Of a DNA stretch of 53,301 nucleotides, positions 43,817 through 53,301 are shown piece after piece (the first letter of the stretch is position 1; each line of letters starts with the position of its first letter). A program made the translations under genes and the position numbers. This stretch comes from Alphaproteobacteria bacterium (GTDB taxonomy: Bacteria > Pseudomonadota > Alphaproteobacteria > JALCBB01): positions 1 to 53,301 of the forward strand of contig JALCBB010000001.1 in NCBI GenBank assembly GCA_028066985.1, written 5' to 3'. The notes under the pieces are model-generated. The model did no database searches, was not told the DNA's origin, and saw nothing but the letters and a program-made list of their open reading frames with translations.

Positions 43817-44034
43817 ACAGCCGCCCTTTGTCGTCTTAAAGGGGACAATCACCGTCGGCTGTTTCATTAAGTTGAGTTATCGGGACAATCGCCGTTGATT
43901 GTCCTGTTAAATGAGACAGCCGCCCTTTGTCGTCTTATTAAAGGGGACAATCACCGTTTAAAGGGGACAATCACCGTCGGCTGTTTCATTAAGTCAAGTT
44001 ATCGGGACAATTGCCGTTGATTGTCTCAATTAAA
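43817..44034 (+). repeat. Tandem duplication (99 + about 119 bp) of a hairpin-rich GGGACAAT unit between aapJ and aapQ
   Basis: Copies start at ACAGCCGCCCTTTGTCGTCTT (43817 and 43916). Each has ACAGCCG/CGGCTGT and GGACAATYGCCGTTGATTGTC hairpins. Copy 2 carries an extra AAAGGGGACAATCACCGT. Confidence 0.8.
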
Positions 44035-44108
44035 AAGACGGCGACATCTGTCACCGTCACCCGTAGTCAGTCATTCAGGCGCGCCGCCGCGCGAGGAGGA
44101 AATCCAGA

Positions 44109-45347
44109 ATGACACAGCAATCCGTCGCCATTTCCGCTCCTTCAGGCGGCGCTCCCCCGCGTCCTTCCCTCTTTGAGAACGGACTCGCGGGCTTCTTCCG
44201 CAATCGCGAGGTTCGCGGCGTTCTCTATCAGGTCATCACCATCGCCATCCTCTTCGCGTCCTTCGCGTGGATGGGCAACAATGTCGTCAACAACCTCTCC
44301 GCCCTCGGCAAGGACTTCAGTTTCGCCTTCCTCGGCGACCCCGCCAACTACGACATCAATCAGCGCCCGATCCCCTACACCTCGCAAAGCACGAACGCGC
44401 GCGCGATGGCGGTCGGCATCATCAACACCGCCCTTGTCGCCGCGCTCGGGATTGTCCTCACCACGATCATGGGACTCTTCGTCGCGATCGCGCGGCTTTC
44501 CCCGAACTGGCTGCTGAGCCGCATCGCGTATGTGTACATAGAGTATGTGCGGAATGTGCCGGTGCTGCTGCATATTCTGCTTGTCTACGGCGTCGTCATC
44601 AATGTTTTTCCCGACCCGCGCGGCGGAGGCTCATGGGTCTCGTTCTTTGATGTCGCCTTCCTTTCCAACCGCGGACTCGCGATACCGAAGCCGATCCCGC
44701 ATCAGGGATTTGAATGGGTCGTCGTCGCGTTTGTGGTCGCGTGCGTCGCGGCGTATGTGATCCGCCGCCGGGCGCGGCGCCGTCAGACGCTCACGGGAGA
44801 GCAGACGATGGTCTTTCTGCCCTCGCTCGCGCTCATCGTCGGACTGCCGCTCGTCGCCGTTCTCGTTCTTAATGACGCCGTTAATCTTGAAATCCCCGAA
44901 ATCGGACGCTTCAATGTCCGCGGCGGCCTCATTCTCAAGCCTGAATATTTCGCGCTTACGCTGTCGCTGTCGCTGTACACTTCGGCGTTTGTCGCCGAGG
45001 TCATCCGCGCCGGCATACTCTCGGTTTCCAAGGGACAGAAAGAAGCCGCCGGCGCGCTCGGCTTCGGCAGGATGCGCGCGCTTCGGCTGATTATTCTGCC
45101 GCAGGCGCTGCGTGTCGCCATTCCGCCGATGACGAACCAGTATCTCAACCTGACGAAGAACTCGTCGCTCGCCATCGCCATCGGCTATCAGGACATCGTC
45201 GGCACCATCGGCGGCATCACGCTCAACCAGACCGGCCGCGAGATAGAGTGCATGATTCTCGTGCTGTCGCTGTATCTGGCGTTTTCGCTTTTCATTTCGT
45301 TCATTCTGAACATTTACAACCGCTCCATCGCGCTGGTGGAACGATAG
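44109..45347 (+). CDS. aapQ: General L-amino acid ABC transporter permease
   Basis: 412-aa polytopic permease with an EAA-type loop (KGQKEAAGALGFGRMRALRLIILPQALR). Confidence 0.85.
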   Translation: MTQQSVAISAPSGGAPPRPSLFENGLAGFFRNREVRGVLYQVITIAILFASFAWMGNNVVNNLSALGKDFSFAFLGDPANYDINQRPIPYTSQSTNARAMAVGIINTALVAALGIVLTTIMGLFVAIARLSPNWLLSRIAYVYIEYVRNVPVLLHILLVYGVVINVFPDPRGGGSWVSFFDVAFLSNRGLAIPKPIPHQGFEWVVVAFVVACVAAYVIRRRARRRQTLTGEQTMVFLPSLALIVGLPLVAVLVLNDAVNLEIPEIGRFNVRGGLILKPEYFALTLSLSLYTSAFVAEVIRAGILSVSKGQKEAAGALGFGRMRALRLIILPQALRVAIPPMTNQYLNLTKNSSLAIAIGYQDIVGTIGGITLNQTGREIECMILVLSLYLAFSLFISFILNIYNRSIALVER

Positions 45348-46487
45348 ATGTCCGAGCAGACCGCGCCTCCTCCTCCCGCCGCCCGCGCGCCCGCGCCCGA
45401 CGACGACACGCCGCTCCTCGCGCGCAACCCTGTCGTCTCGTGGGTGTGGACGAACTTTTTTTCCACGCCGCTCAACATCGCGCTGACCGTCATCTCGGTC
45501 TGGTTCATCTGGAGCGTCGGCAGCGCCTTCCTGGAGTGGGCGGTTTTCAACGGCGTCCTTTTCGCCGACTCGCGCGCGCACTGCCGCGAGATCGTGGAGC
45601 ATGGCGCGTGCTGGGCGGTCGTCAGTTCGCGCATCGACTCGTTTCTCTACGGACTGTATCCGCCCGCGCAGCACTGGCGCATCAACATCACTTTTCTGCT
45701 GCTGGTCGCCGCCCTCGTGCCGGTTCTCTGGGACACGATGCCGCACCGCAAGCGCGCGCTTTTGTACAGCGCTTTTGTCTTTCCTGTGCTTGCGGTGTGG
45801 CTTCTTGTCGGCGGTCTCGGACTTGAGCCGGTCAGCACCAAGAAGTTCAGCGGCTTCATGCTCACGCTTGTCATCGGAGTCACGGGCATCACGCTTTCGC
45901 TGCCGCTCGGCATTCTTCTTGCTCTTGCGCGGCGGTCGTCGCTGCCGGTTCTGCGGATTCTTTCTGTTGTTTTCATTGAGTTCATCCGCGGCGTTCCGCT
46001 GATAACTTTGCTTTTCATCGCGTCGGTGCTGTTGTCGTATTTTCTGCCGCCTGGAGCGAGTTTTGATCTGATTATCCGTGTTCTGATAATGGTGACGCTG
46101 TTCGCGTCCGCGTATATGGCTGAGGTCATTCGCGGCGGCTTTCAGTCCATTCCGGCGGGACAATACGAGGCCGCCCAGGCGCTCGGACTCGGCTACTGGC
46201 GAAGTTTGCAGAAGGTCATTCTGCCGCAGGTGCTGAAGGTGTCTATTCCGGGCATCGTCAACAGTTTCATCGGACTCTACAAGGACACCACCCTTGTCAT
46301 CATCATCGGTCTTTTTGATCCTCTCGGCATCGGACGCTCTTTGCTTTCTGACGCCGCCTGGGCGGGTTTGTCGGCCGAGGTGTATCTTTTTGTCGCGCTT
46401 TTTTACTTCTGCTCGTGTTTTGCGATGTCGCGCTACAGTCTTTATGTGGAGCGCAAACTTGAGCGCGGGCAGTCTCATGACAGATAA
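45348..46487 (+). CDS. aapM: General L-amino acid ABC transporter permease
   Basis: 379-aa polytopic permease with an EAA-type loop (AGQYEAAQALGLGYWRSLQKVILPQVLK); starts directly after the aapQ stop. Confidence 0.85.
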   Translation: MSEQTAPPPPAARAPAPDDDTPLLARNPVVSWVWTNFFSTPLNIALTVISVWFIWSVGSAFLEWAVFNGVLFADSRAHCREIVEHGACWAVVSSRIDSFLYGLYPPAQHWRINITFLLLVAALVPVLWDTMPHRKRALLYSAFVFPVLAVWLLVGGLGLEPVSTKKFSGFMLTLVIGVTGITLSLPLGILLALARRSSLPVLRILSVVFIEFIRGVPLITLLFIASVLLSYFLPPGASFDLIIRVLIMVTLFASAYMAEVIRGGFQSIPAGQYEAAQALGLGYWRSLQKVILPQVLKVSIPGIVNSFIGLYKDTTLVIIIGLFDPLGIGRSLLSDAAWAGLSAEVYLFVALFYFCSCFAMSRYSLYVERKLERGQSHDR

Positions 46488-46499
46488 CGGAGCACTGCA

Positions 46500-47306
<807 letters not shown>

Positions 47307-47325
47307 CGCGCGCGCCCTTTCATCA

Positions 47326-47615
47326 GGGGACAAACGAAGCACGGCCTCTGGCATTAGTGGGAGTTTGACCTAGACAGTCACGATGTTGGCTCAAGCGAAA
47401 CACACCAACTAATGGGTGCGGGCTAGCCCGCAAAAAATAAATAATAATTTATTGACTATTTAAGGGGTCAATTAAATAAATTAATTTCTTTTTAATTTAA
47501 TTTTTTTTGCAGGCAGCGCCTGCGGGCATCAGTGGGCGCTGTTTGCTTGAGCCAACGCTTTAAGAGTCTAAATTTCACGCCCACTAATGCCAAATGCCGC
47601 ACTTTGTCTGTCTCC
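47326..47615. mobile_element. Composite mosaic palindromic element (core lacking the middle module), between aapP and alaX
   Basis: GGGGACAAACGAAG end, GGCATTAGTGGG 47350-47361, hairpin GCGGGCTAGCCCGC 47418-47431, core 47432-47508, hairpin GCAGGCAGCGCCTGC 47509-47523, CCCACTAATGCC 47580-47591, end CACTTTGTCTGTCTCC. Confidence 0.75.
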
Positions 47616-47693
47616 TAGGTATTGTTTCCCTATTAACAAAATGAAATTAAACTGCTAAAACAATATGACCATCACCGCCAGCCCCGAACTCCA

Positions 47694-48413
47694 ATGACAG
47701 CCACCACAAAACTCTACGAAGAAGACTCCTATCTGCGCGAATGTTCCGCAGAAATCACCGACTCACAGCCGGGCAAAATCCGCCTCAACCAGACCATCCT
47801 CTACGCCGAAAGCGGCGGACAACTCCCCGACCACGGCGCCATCACCCTCCCCAACGGCGACACCTTCAATGTCGTTGACAGCCAGAAAGCGCCGGGCAAC
47901 CCCTCCGCCATCTGGCACACCCTGGAAAACGACCAGCAGATCATCCCGCCCCAAACACCCGTCACCGTCACCCTGGACTGGGAACGCAGATACCAACTCA
48001 TGCGCATGCACACCGCGATGCACCTGCTCTGCGCCTGCGTCACCGGCAGCGTCACCGGCGGCGCCGTCAACATCGGACGCGGCAGAATAGACTTCAATGT
48101 GCCGCCCGACTCCATCAATAAAGAAAAACTCCACGCGCAACTCAACGCGCTCATTGAACAAAACATCCCCGCCACGCCGCGCTGGGTCAGCGAAAGCGAA
48201 CTGGACAACAACCCCTCGCTCGTCCGCACGATGTCGGTCAGCCCGCCGCGCGGCGCCGGACGCATCCGCCTCCTGGATATCGCCGACACCGACCTCCAGC
48301 CCTGCGGCGGAACCCATGTCAAACACACCGGCGAAATCGGCGCGCTCGTCGTCGGCAAAATAGAAAACAAGGGCAGACAGAACAGACGCGTCAACATCCG
48401 CTTCGCCGAGTGA
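47694..48413 (+). CDS. alaX: Alanyl-tRNA editing protein (AlaX-M type)
   Basis: HTAMHLL and CGGTHV zinc-binding motifs of the Ala/Thr-tRNA synthetase editing domain; 239 aa. Confidence 0.85.
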   Translation: MTATTKLYEEDSYLRECSAEITDSQPGKIRLNQTILYAESGGQLPDHGAITLPNGDTFNVVDSQKAPGNPSAIWHTLENDQQIIPPQTPVTVTLDWERRYQLMRMHTAMHLLCACVTGSVTGGAVNIGRGRIDFNVPPDSINKEKLHAQLNALIEQNIPATPRWVSESELDNNPSLVRTMSVSPPRGAGRIRLLDIADTDLQPCGGTHVKHTGEIGALVVGKIENKGRQNRRVNIRFAE

Positions 48414-48423
48414 GACGAGAGCC

Positions 48424-49740
48424 GTGCCCGCCTCCGCCTCCGCAAAGTCGCTGAACTACAAAGTCAACGGCGGCGACATCAGCCTCAGCGAAAAGCGCCT
48501 GAGTTTTCGCGGCTCCGCCGACACGCTCGCCGGCATCCTCACCGAAAATCCGGACGGCGCGCGGCGCGGCGTCGCCGTCTACGCGCACTGCTTCACCTGC
48601 GGCAAGGACATCGCGGCGTCACGCGCCGTTTCGCGCGGCCTCGCCGCCCGCGGCATCACGACCCTGCGCTTTGACTTCACGGGCATCGGCGACAGCGGCG
48701 GAGATTTCGCGTCCAGCACTTTCACGAACAACTGCAGGGACATCATCGCCGCCGCCGACTTTCTCGCGTCCGAGGGCTTCAAGCCGGATATTTTCGTCGG
48801 ACACAGCCTCGGAGGCGCCGCCGCGATTTCGGCCGCCGCGCATACGCCCGACATCAAGGGAGTGGTCGCCATCGGTTCGCCGGCGAAGCCCGGACATGCG
48901 CTGCGTCTTTTTGAGCCGGTGCGCGACGAGGTCGCGTGGCGCGGACAGGGCGAGGTCAGCATCGGCGGCAGAACTTTCAGCATCAGCGGCGACTTTCTTG
49001 ACGACTTTGAGACGCAGTGTTCGGAGGGTGTTGTTTCGCGCCTTGGCTGTGATTTTCTGGTTTTGCACTCGCCGCGCGATGACACTGTGGGGATAGAGAA
49101 CGCGGCGACATTGTTCGGGTGGGCGCGGCATCCGAAGTCGTTTGTGTCGCTGGGTGATTTCGGACATCTTCTGGCGCCGGCGCATGAGTCTGATTATGTC
49201 GCGGAGTTGATCAGCGGGTGGGCGTCTCGTTTTCTGGGCAGCGGGGCGACGGCGACGGCGCCGGCGACGACAGCGAAGGCGCCCGCGCCCGCGTCCGCGA
49301 GCAGTCCGGACGATGGCGGTGTTGAGGTTGTGGAGTCTTTGCCTTTGGGTGATTTGCGTCAGGAGGTTCGGGTGCGCGGACATAGTTTTGTGGTGGGGGA
49401 GCCGGTTCCGATCGGCGATGATTCTGGTCCGACGCCGTATGATGTATTGCTGGCGGGTCTGGGGGCTTGTACGGCGATGACCTTGCGGATGTATGCGAAG
49501 CGGAAGGGTTTGTCTTTGGATCGGGTGCGGGTGAAGTTGTGGCATGGCCGGCGTCATGCGGATGATTGCGAGCGGGCGGATGGCGCTGCGGCGCAGATTG
49601 AGGAGGTTCGGCGGGTGGTGGAGTTGGAGGGTGATCTGAGCGAGGCGGAGCGGGCGCGGCTGCTGGAGATAGCGGACAAGTGTCCTGTGCATCGGACGCT
49701 GACGGGCGACCTGTCTATTAAGACGGAATTATCCGATTAA
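48424..49740 (+). CDS. Bifunctional alpha/beta hydrolase / OsmC family protein
   Basis: N-terminal hydrolase fold with nucleophile elbow GHSLGG; C-terminal OsmC-like domain (GPTPYDVLLAGLGACTAMTLRMYA...CPVHRTL); GTG start. Confidence 0.8.
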   Translation: MPASASAKSLNYKVNGGDISLSEKRLSFRGSADTLAGILTENPDGARRGVAVYAHCFTCGKDIAASRAVSRGLAARGITTLRFDFTGIGDSGGDFASSTFTNNCRDIIAAADFLASEGFKPDIFVGHSLGGAAAISAAAHTPDIKGVVAIGSPAKPGHALRLFEPVRDEVAWRGQGEVSIGGRTFSISGDFLDDFETQCSEGVVSRLGCDFLVLHSPRDDTVGIENAATLFGWARHPKSFVSLGDFGHLLAPAHESDYVAELISGWASRFLGSGATATAPATTAKAPAPASASSPDDGGVEVVESLPLGDLRQEVRVRGHSFVVGEPVPIGDDSGPTPYDVLLAGLGACTAMTLRMYAKRKGLSLDRVRVKLWHGRRHADDCERADGAAAQIEEVRRVVELEGDLSEAERARLLEIADKCPVHRTLTGDLSIKTELSD

Positions 49741-49752
49741 TTCAGCAATTAA

Positions 49753-50085
49753 AGAGACAACGAAGCACCGCCCCTGGCATTAGTGAGACTTTGACTAAGA
49801 CATTCACGGCGTTGGCTCAAGCAAACAGCGCCAACTAATGCCCGCAGGCGCTGCCTGCAAAAAATAAAATTAAAAGAATTAATTTAATAGACAATAACCA
49901 TTCCATTATTTGTCAATTAATAAGAAAGCAATTTATTTAATTGACCCCTTAAATAGTCAATAAATTATTATTTATTTTTTGCGGGCTAGCCCGCACCCAT
50001 CTGCTGGCATCGCTCGCTTGAGCCAACAGCGTGACTTTCTTAGTCAAACTCCCACTAATGCCAAGGGCCGCACTTCGCTTGTCTC
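49753..50085. mobile_element. Composite mosaic palindromic element, between convergent OsmC-fusion and dehydrogenase genes
   Basis: AGAGACAACGAAG 49753-49765, GGCATTAGTGAG 49776-49787, hairpin GCAGGCGCTGCCTGC 49844-49858, AT core 49859-49980, hairpin GCGGGCTAGCCCGC 49981-49994, CCCACTAATGCC 50051-50062, end CACTTCGCTTGTCTC abutting the stop CTA 50086-50088. Confidence 0.75.
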
Positions 50086-51048
50086 CTAATTGGAGCGATC
50101 CACAACAACGACCTCATAACCCTCCTCCTCAGGCTCGTCATCCACAATCTCCGCCGGAAAACCATCCGCCCGCACATCCAAACCGCACGCCTCCTCCAAT
50201 CGCCGCACCACATCCGGAGAATTTCCCCGCGCCCCATACCGCTCCATACCATCCCGAAATATCCCGTACACCACCGGCGACACCTCCACAGGCACGCCAA
50301 ACTCCCGCGCCAGTCCCCCGAAAATCCCCATGTCCTTCAACACAAGGTCCATCGTGAAATTAATGTCCCGACTCCCGTTCAATATCACCTGCCCCTCCGT
50401 CTCATGCACAAACGAATTCCCCGACGACACCCGCACCGCCTCGTAAGTCACGCCCATATCCATCCCCGACGCGCGCGCCACCATAAACGCCTCGCACAAC
50501 GACACCAGATGCACCGACGCCAGATAGTTCGTCACTATCTTCAACACCGACGCGCTCCCCAGATCACCCGTATGCAAAATCCGCCGCCCCATTTTCGTCA
50601 GCAGCGGAAACATCAGGTCAAAGGTCTCCCGATCCCCGCCCGCAAAAATAGAAATGTTCCCCGTCGCCGCCCGATGACATCCCCCCGACACAGGACAATC
50701 CATACTCCGCACCCCCAGCGCCGACAACTTCGCGGCAAGACGCTTAACCTCGCCATGCTCCGTTGAACTCATCTCCGCCCAGATTGTGCCGGGCGTCACG
50801 CCTTCAATCAGTCCGCCCTCGCCCTCAACGACCAGCGCGCTCACCTCGGGACTCGGCAGACATGTGATCACCACATCACACGCCTCGCCCATCTCCGCCG
50901 CCGACTCGCCCCATCGCGCGCCGCCGTCAAGGAGTCCGCGCGCCGCGTTTTTGTCCAGGTCGCGCACCGTCAGACTGACGCCGTTCCGCAGCAGACTGCC
51001 GGCGAGTTTGCCGCCGACCTGTCCCAAGCCTATGAATCCGACCTTCAT
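50086..51048 (-). CDS. NAD(P)-dependent oxidoreductase, beta-hydroxyacid dehydrogenase (HIBADH-like) family
   Basis: Refined start ATG 51048 (MKVGFIGLGQVGGKLAGSL Rossmann motif); DCPVSGG and KIVTNYL regions. Confidence 0.85.
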   Translation of the reverse strand: MKVGFIGLGQVGGKLAGSLLRNGVSLTVRDLDKNAARGLLDGGARWGESAAEMGEACDVVITCLPSPEVSALVVEGEGGLIEGVTPGTIWAEMSSTEHGEVKRLAAKLSALGVRSMDCPVSGGCHRAATGNISIFAGGDRETFDLMFPLLTKMGRRILHTGDLGSASVLKIVTNYLASVHLVSLCEAFMVARASGMDMGVTYEAVRVSSGNSFVHETEGQVILNGSRDINFTMDLVLKDMGIFGGLAREFGVPVEVSPVVYGIFRDGMERYGARGNSPDVVRRLEEACGLDVRADGFPAEIVDDEPEEEGYEVVVVDRSN

Positions 51049-51359
51049 TGTCGTGCCTCCGCAGTTCGCCAAAAAATCAAGGAACGACAATATACCCCCA
51101 AAATCGCCGCGATTCCCCCCGCAAATCCGCGCAAACGGGCTTTCAGAACTTTTAAAGTCGCTTTCAGAATAATCGGCGCGCAAAAAAATTAAAATCAACT
51201 TGCATTTCGGACGCGGTCAATATAGTATCAGAGACCTGCTTTCGTCCGCCGCCGTTCGGCGCGCGCGGGCAGGAACCAGCACGGGACCGGTCGCGCCGCG
51301 ACTAGTTCCTTCAGAAGGCGCGGCAAAAGCGCCCTCACCACGGTAAGGACACAAGTCAA

Positions 51360-53021
51360 ATGTCAAAACGGTACGACCGCGACCCCCAAACCGGAAAGAA
51401 ATTCCACTCATACGTCCCCGAAATTGCCGACGATCTCCGCGCCGGCAAGGTCGGACGGCGCGACTTCCTCAGAACCGTCACTCTGCTCGGCGTTTCCGCG
51501 GGCACCGCCTACGCGATGGCGTCGGACATTCTCGGCGAGGACATTCGTCCGCAGCGTGCGTCGGCGCAGACGCCGAAGCGCGGCGGCACCGTGCGCTCGG
51601 CGATGCGTGTCCAGCGCATGGACGACCCCGCCATCTACGACTGGGTCGAGCGTTCCAATCAGAGTCGCGGCATTGTTGAGCACATCTCGCGCACGGATGT
51701 GAACAACATCACGACTCCCTACCTCGCCGAGGGCTGGGAGGCGAGCGAAGACCTCAAAACCTGGACCATCAATCTGCGCCGCGGCGTCAAGTGGTCCAAC
51801 GGCGACGACTTCAACGCCGATGACCTTGTCTTCAATCTCAATCGCTGGGTTGATCCGGACACGGGCTCGTCAAACCTCGGACTTTTCTCGGCGCTCAAGC
51901 CGGGCAATGTGGAGAAGACCGGCAGTCACAGCGTGCGCATGACGCTTGACAGTCCGGTGCTGCAGATCCCCGAGAACTTCTACAACTATCCGACTGCGAT
52001 CATGCATCGGCGTTTCTCGGACGAGGGCGGTGATTTCTCCAAGAATCCGGTCGGCACGGGCCCGATGACGCTTGTTGATCTTGTTGTCGGCGAGTACTGC
52101 GAACTTCGCAAGCGCGCCGACGAGTACGGGTACTGGGATCGCGACCCGTACATTGACGGCATTGTCTACCGTGACTACGGCGATGATCCGCAGGCGCCGA
52201 TCAGCGCTTTTGCGGCGGGCGAGGTTGATCATCTGTACGAGGTTGCTGTCAACTCGCTTGATGTTGCCGAGCGTCTGCCGAACGCTGTTATCAGCGAGAC
52301 GCCGACCGGTCAGACGGGAATTTGTCGTTTCCGTCAGACGGAGACGCCGTTTGACAACAAGAAGTTGCGCCAGGCGTTTAACGCGGCTCTTGATCATGAT
52401 GAGACTCTGCAGCTTGCGTATCGCGGCCGTGGTCTTGCCGGCGAGAATCATCATGTTGGCGAGGTTCATCCGGAGTATTTCGCGTTGCCGAAGCCGAAGC
52501 GTGATGTGGAACTTGCGAAGCGTTTGCTTGCGGAGTCTGGTCTTGGTCCGTCTGTGGATCTGAAGATTGATCTTGGCGCGTCTGACGACTGGCATCGCAA
52601 TGCTTGTGCGGCGATGAAGCAGCAGTTGGCGCCTGCGGGGATCAATCTGGAACTCAATGTGATGCCTGGCGCGACTTACTGGGATGTCTGGGATTCGACG
52701 CCGCTTGGTTTCACGCAGTGGACGCATCGTCCGCTGGGGGTGATGGTGTTGAATCTGGCGTATCGCAGCGGTGTTCCGTGGAACGAGGCTGCGTATGCGA
52801 ATCCGGAGTTTGACCGTCAGCTGGATGTTGCCGGCAGCATTCTGGATGTTGACGAGCGGCGCAAGCAGATGGAGGTTGTGCAGAAGATTCTGCAGGACGA
52901 TGCTGTTTTTGCGCAGCCGTTGTGGCGTTCGGTGTTTAACATTTCGCGTGACAATTTGCGCGGCACCGAGGTGCATCCGACTTTTTACCATCAGTTTCAG
53001 AACTGGTGGATTGACGCGTAA
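51360..53021 (+). CDS. ABC transporter substrate-binding protein, family 5 (peptide/nickel/opine type)
   Basis: Tat-type signal RRDFLRTVTLLGVSAGTAYAMA; 553 aa with SBP_bac_5-like regions (KWSNGDDFNADDLVFN). Confidence 0.88.
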   Translation: MSKRYDRDPQTGKKFHSYVPEIADDLRAGKVGRRDFLRTVTLLGVSAGTAYAMASDILGEDIRPQRASAQTPKRGGTVRSAMRVQRMDDPAIYDWVERSNQSRGIVEHISRTDVNNITTPYLAEGWEASEDLKTWTINLRRGVKWSNGDDFNADDLVFNLNRWVDPDTGSSNLGLFSALKPGNVEKTGSHSVRMTLDSPVLQIPENFYNYPTAIMHRRFSDEGGDFSKNPVGTGPMTLVDLVVGEYCELRKRADEYGYWDRDPYIDGIVYRDYGDDPQAPISAFAAGEVDHLYEVAVNSLDVAERLPNAVISETPTGQTGICRFRQTETPFDNKKLRQAFNAALDHDETLQLAYRGRGLAGENHHVGEVHPEYFALPKPKRDVELAKRLLAESGLGPSVDLKIDLGASDDWHRNACAAMKQQLAPAGINLELNVMPGATYWDVWDSTPLGFTQWTHRPLGVMVLNLAYRSGVPWNEAAYANPEFDRQLDVAGSILDVDERRKQMEVVQKILQDDAVFAQPLWRSVFNISRDNLRGTEVHPTFYHQFQNWWIDA

Positions 53022-53043
53022 TCTGCCGCCGGCAGATCTTTTC

Positions 53044-53073
53044 GGGGGAGCCTGTTTGGCTCCCCCTTTTTTT
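53044..53073 (+). terminator. Rho-independent terminator of the SBP gene
   Basis: Stem GGGGGAGCC (53044-53052) / GGCTCCCCC (53058-53066), loop TGTTT, then TTTTTTT (53067-53073). Confidence 0.85.
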
Positions 53074-53080
53074 GTCAACG

Positions 53081-53301
53081 AGGGACAACGACGACCCGCC
53101 CTTGGCATTAGTGGGAGATTGACTAAGACATTCACGATGTCGGCTCAAGCGAGCGATGCCGGCAGATGGGTGCGGGCTAGCCCGCAAAAAATAAATAATA
53201 ATTTATTGACTATTTAAGGGGTCAATTAAATCGGCGTGCAGCCTCCGGCATTAGTGGGAGATTGACTAAGACATTCACGATAGCCGCTCAAGCGAACCGC
53301 A
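53081..53301. mobile_element. Composite element interrupted in its core by a second arm; truncated by the window end
   Basis: AGGGACAACGACG end, GGCATTAGTGGG 53104-53115, hairpin GCGGGCTAGCCCGC 53172-53185, core up to ...GGGGTCAATTAAAT (about 53230). A new arm then starts with GGCATTAGTGGG at 53247-53258 in the same orientation. Confidence 0.65.

Overview
High-GC segment (about two-thirds G+C by eye, not computed) with alphaproteobacterial-type gene content; the taxon is an inference from gene order and protein features. 990-22654 is a complete co-directional dcw cluster (mraZ-rsmH-ftsL-ftsI-murE-murF-mraY-murD-ftsW-murG-murC-murB-ddl-ftsQ-ftsA-ftsZ) followed by lpxC, with a tRNA-Ser(CGA) upstream. 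Downstream lie a small AT-richer island with a Fic-domain gene, then housekeeping and transport genes: LysM protein, LOG, NADP-IDH, an RND efflux pair, MFS, msrP, hemB, moaE, prs-rplY-pth-ychF, GNAT, DUF805, aapJQMP, alaX, hydrolase-OsmC fusion, a dehydrogenase and an ABC binding protein. I found no novel protein-coding cassette (no defence, CRISPR, secretion or phage module). The unusual content is non-coding. A dense family of about 330-bp mosaic palindromic elements consists of two inverted, structured arms of about 100 nt around an almost pure A+T core. It occupies nearly every intergenic gap outside tight operons, roughly 4 kb of the window by hand tally. Arm hairpins show compensatory base changes. 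Element ends sit on or supply stop codons, including that of lpxC. Related repeat arrays have entered the essential dcw operon in ORF-compatible form. These comprise bridging ORFs mraZ/rsmH and ftsW/murG (the latter with an 8-bp flanking direct repeat), in-frame insertions in ftsI and murE, and a 75-bp tandem tail on ddl. No transposase is present in the window. Many long ORFs in the supplied track are antisense shadows typical of high-GC DNA and were rejected. Gene starts marked as refined and all repeat boundaries are hand-derived and may be off by a few nucleotides.
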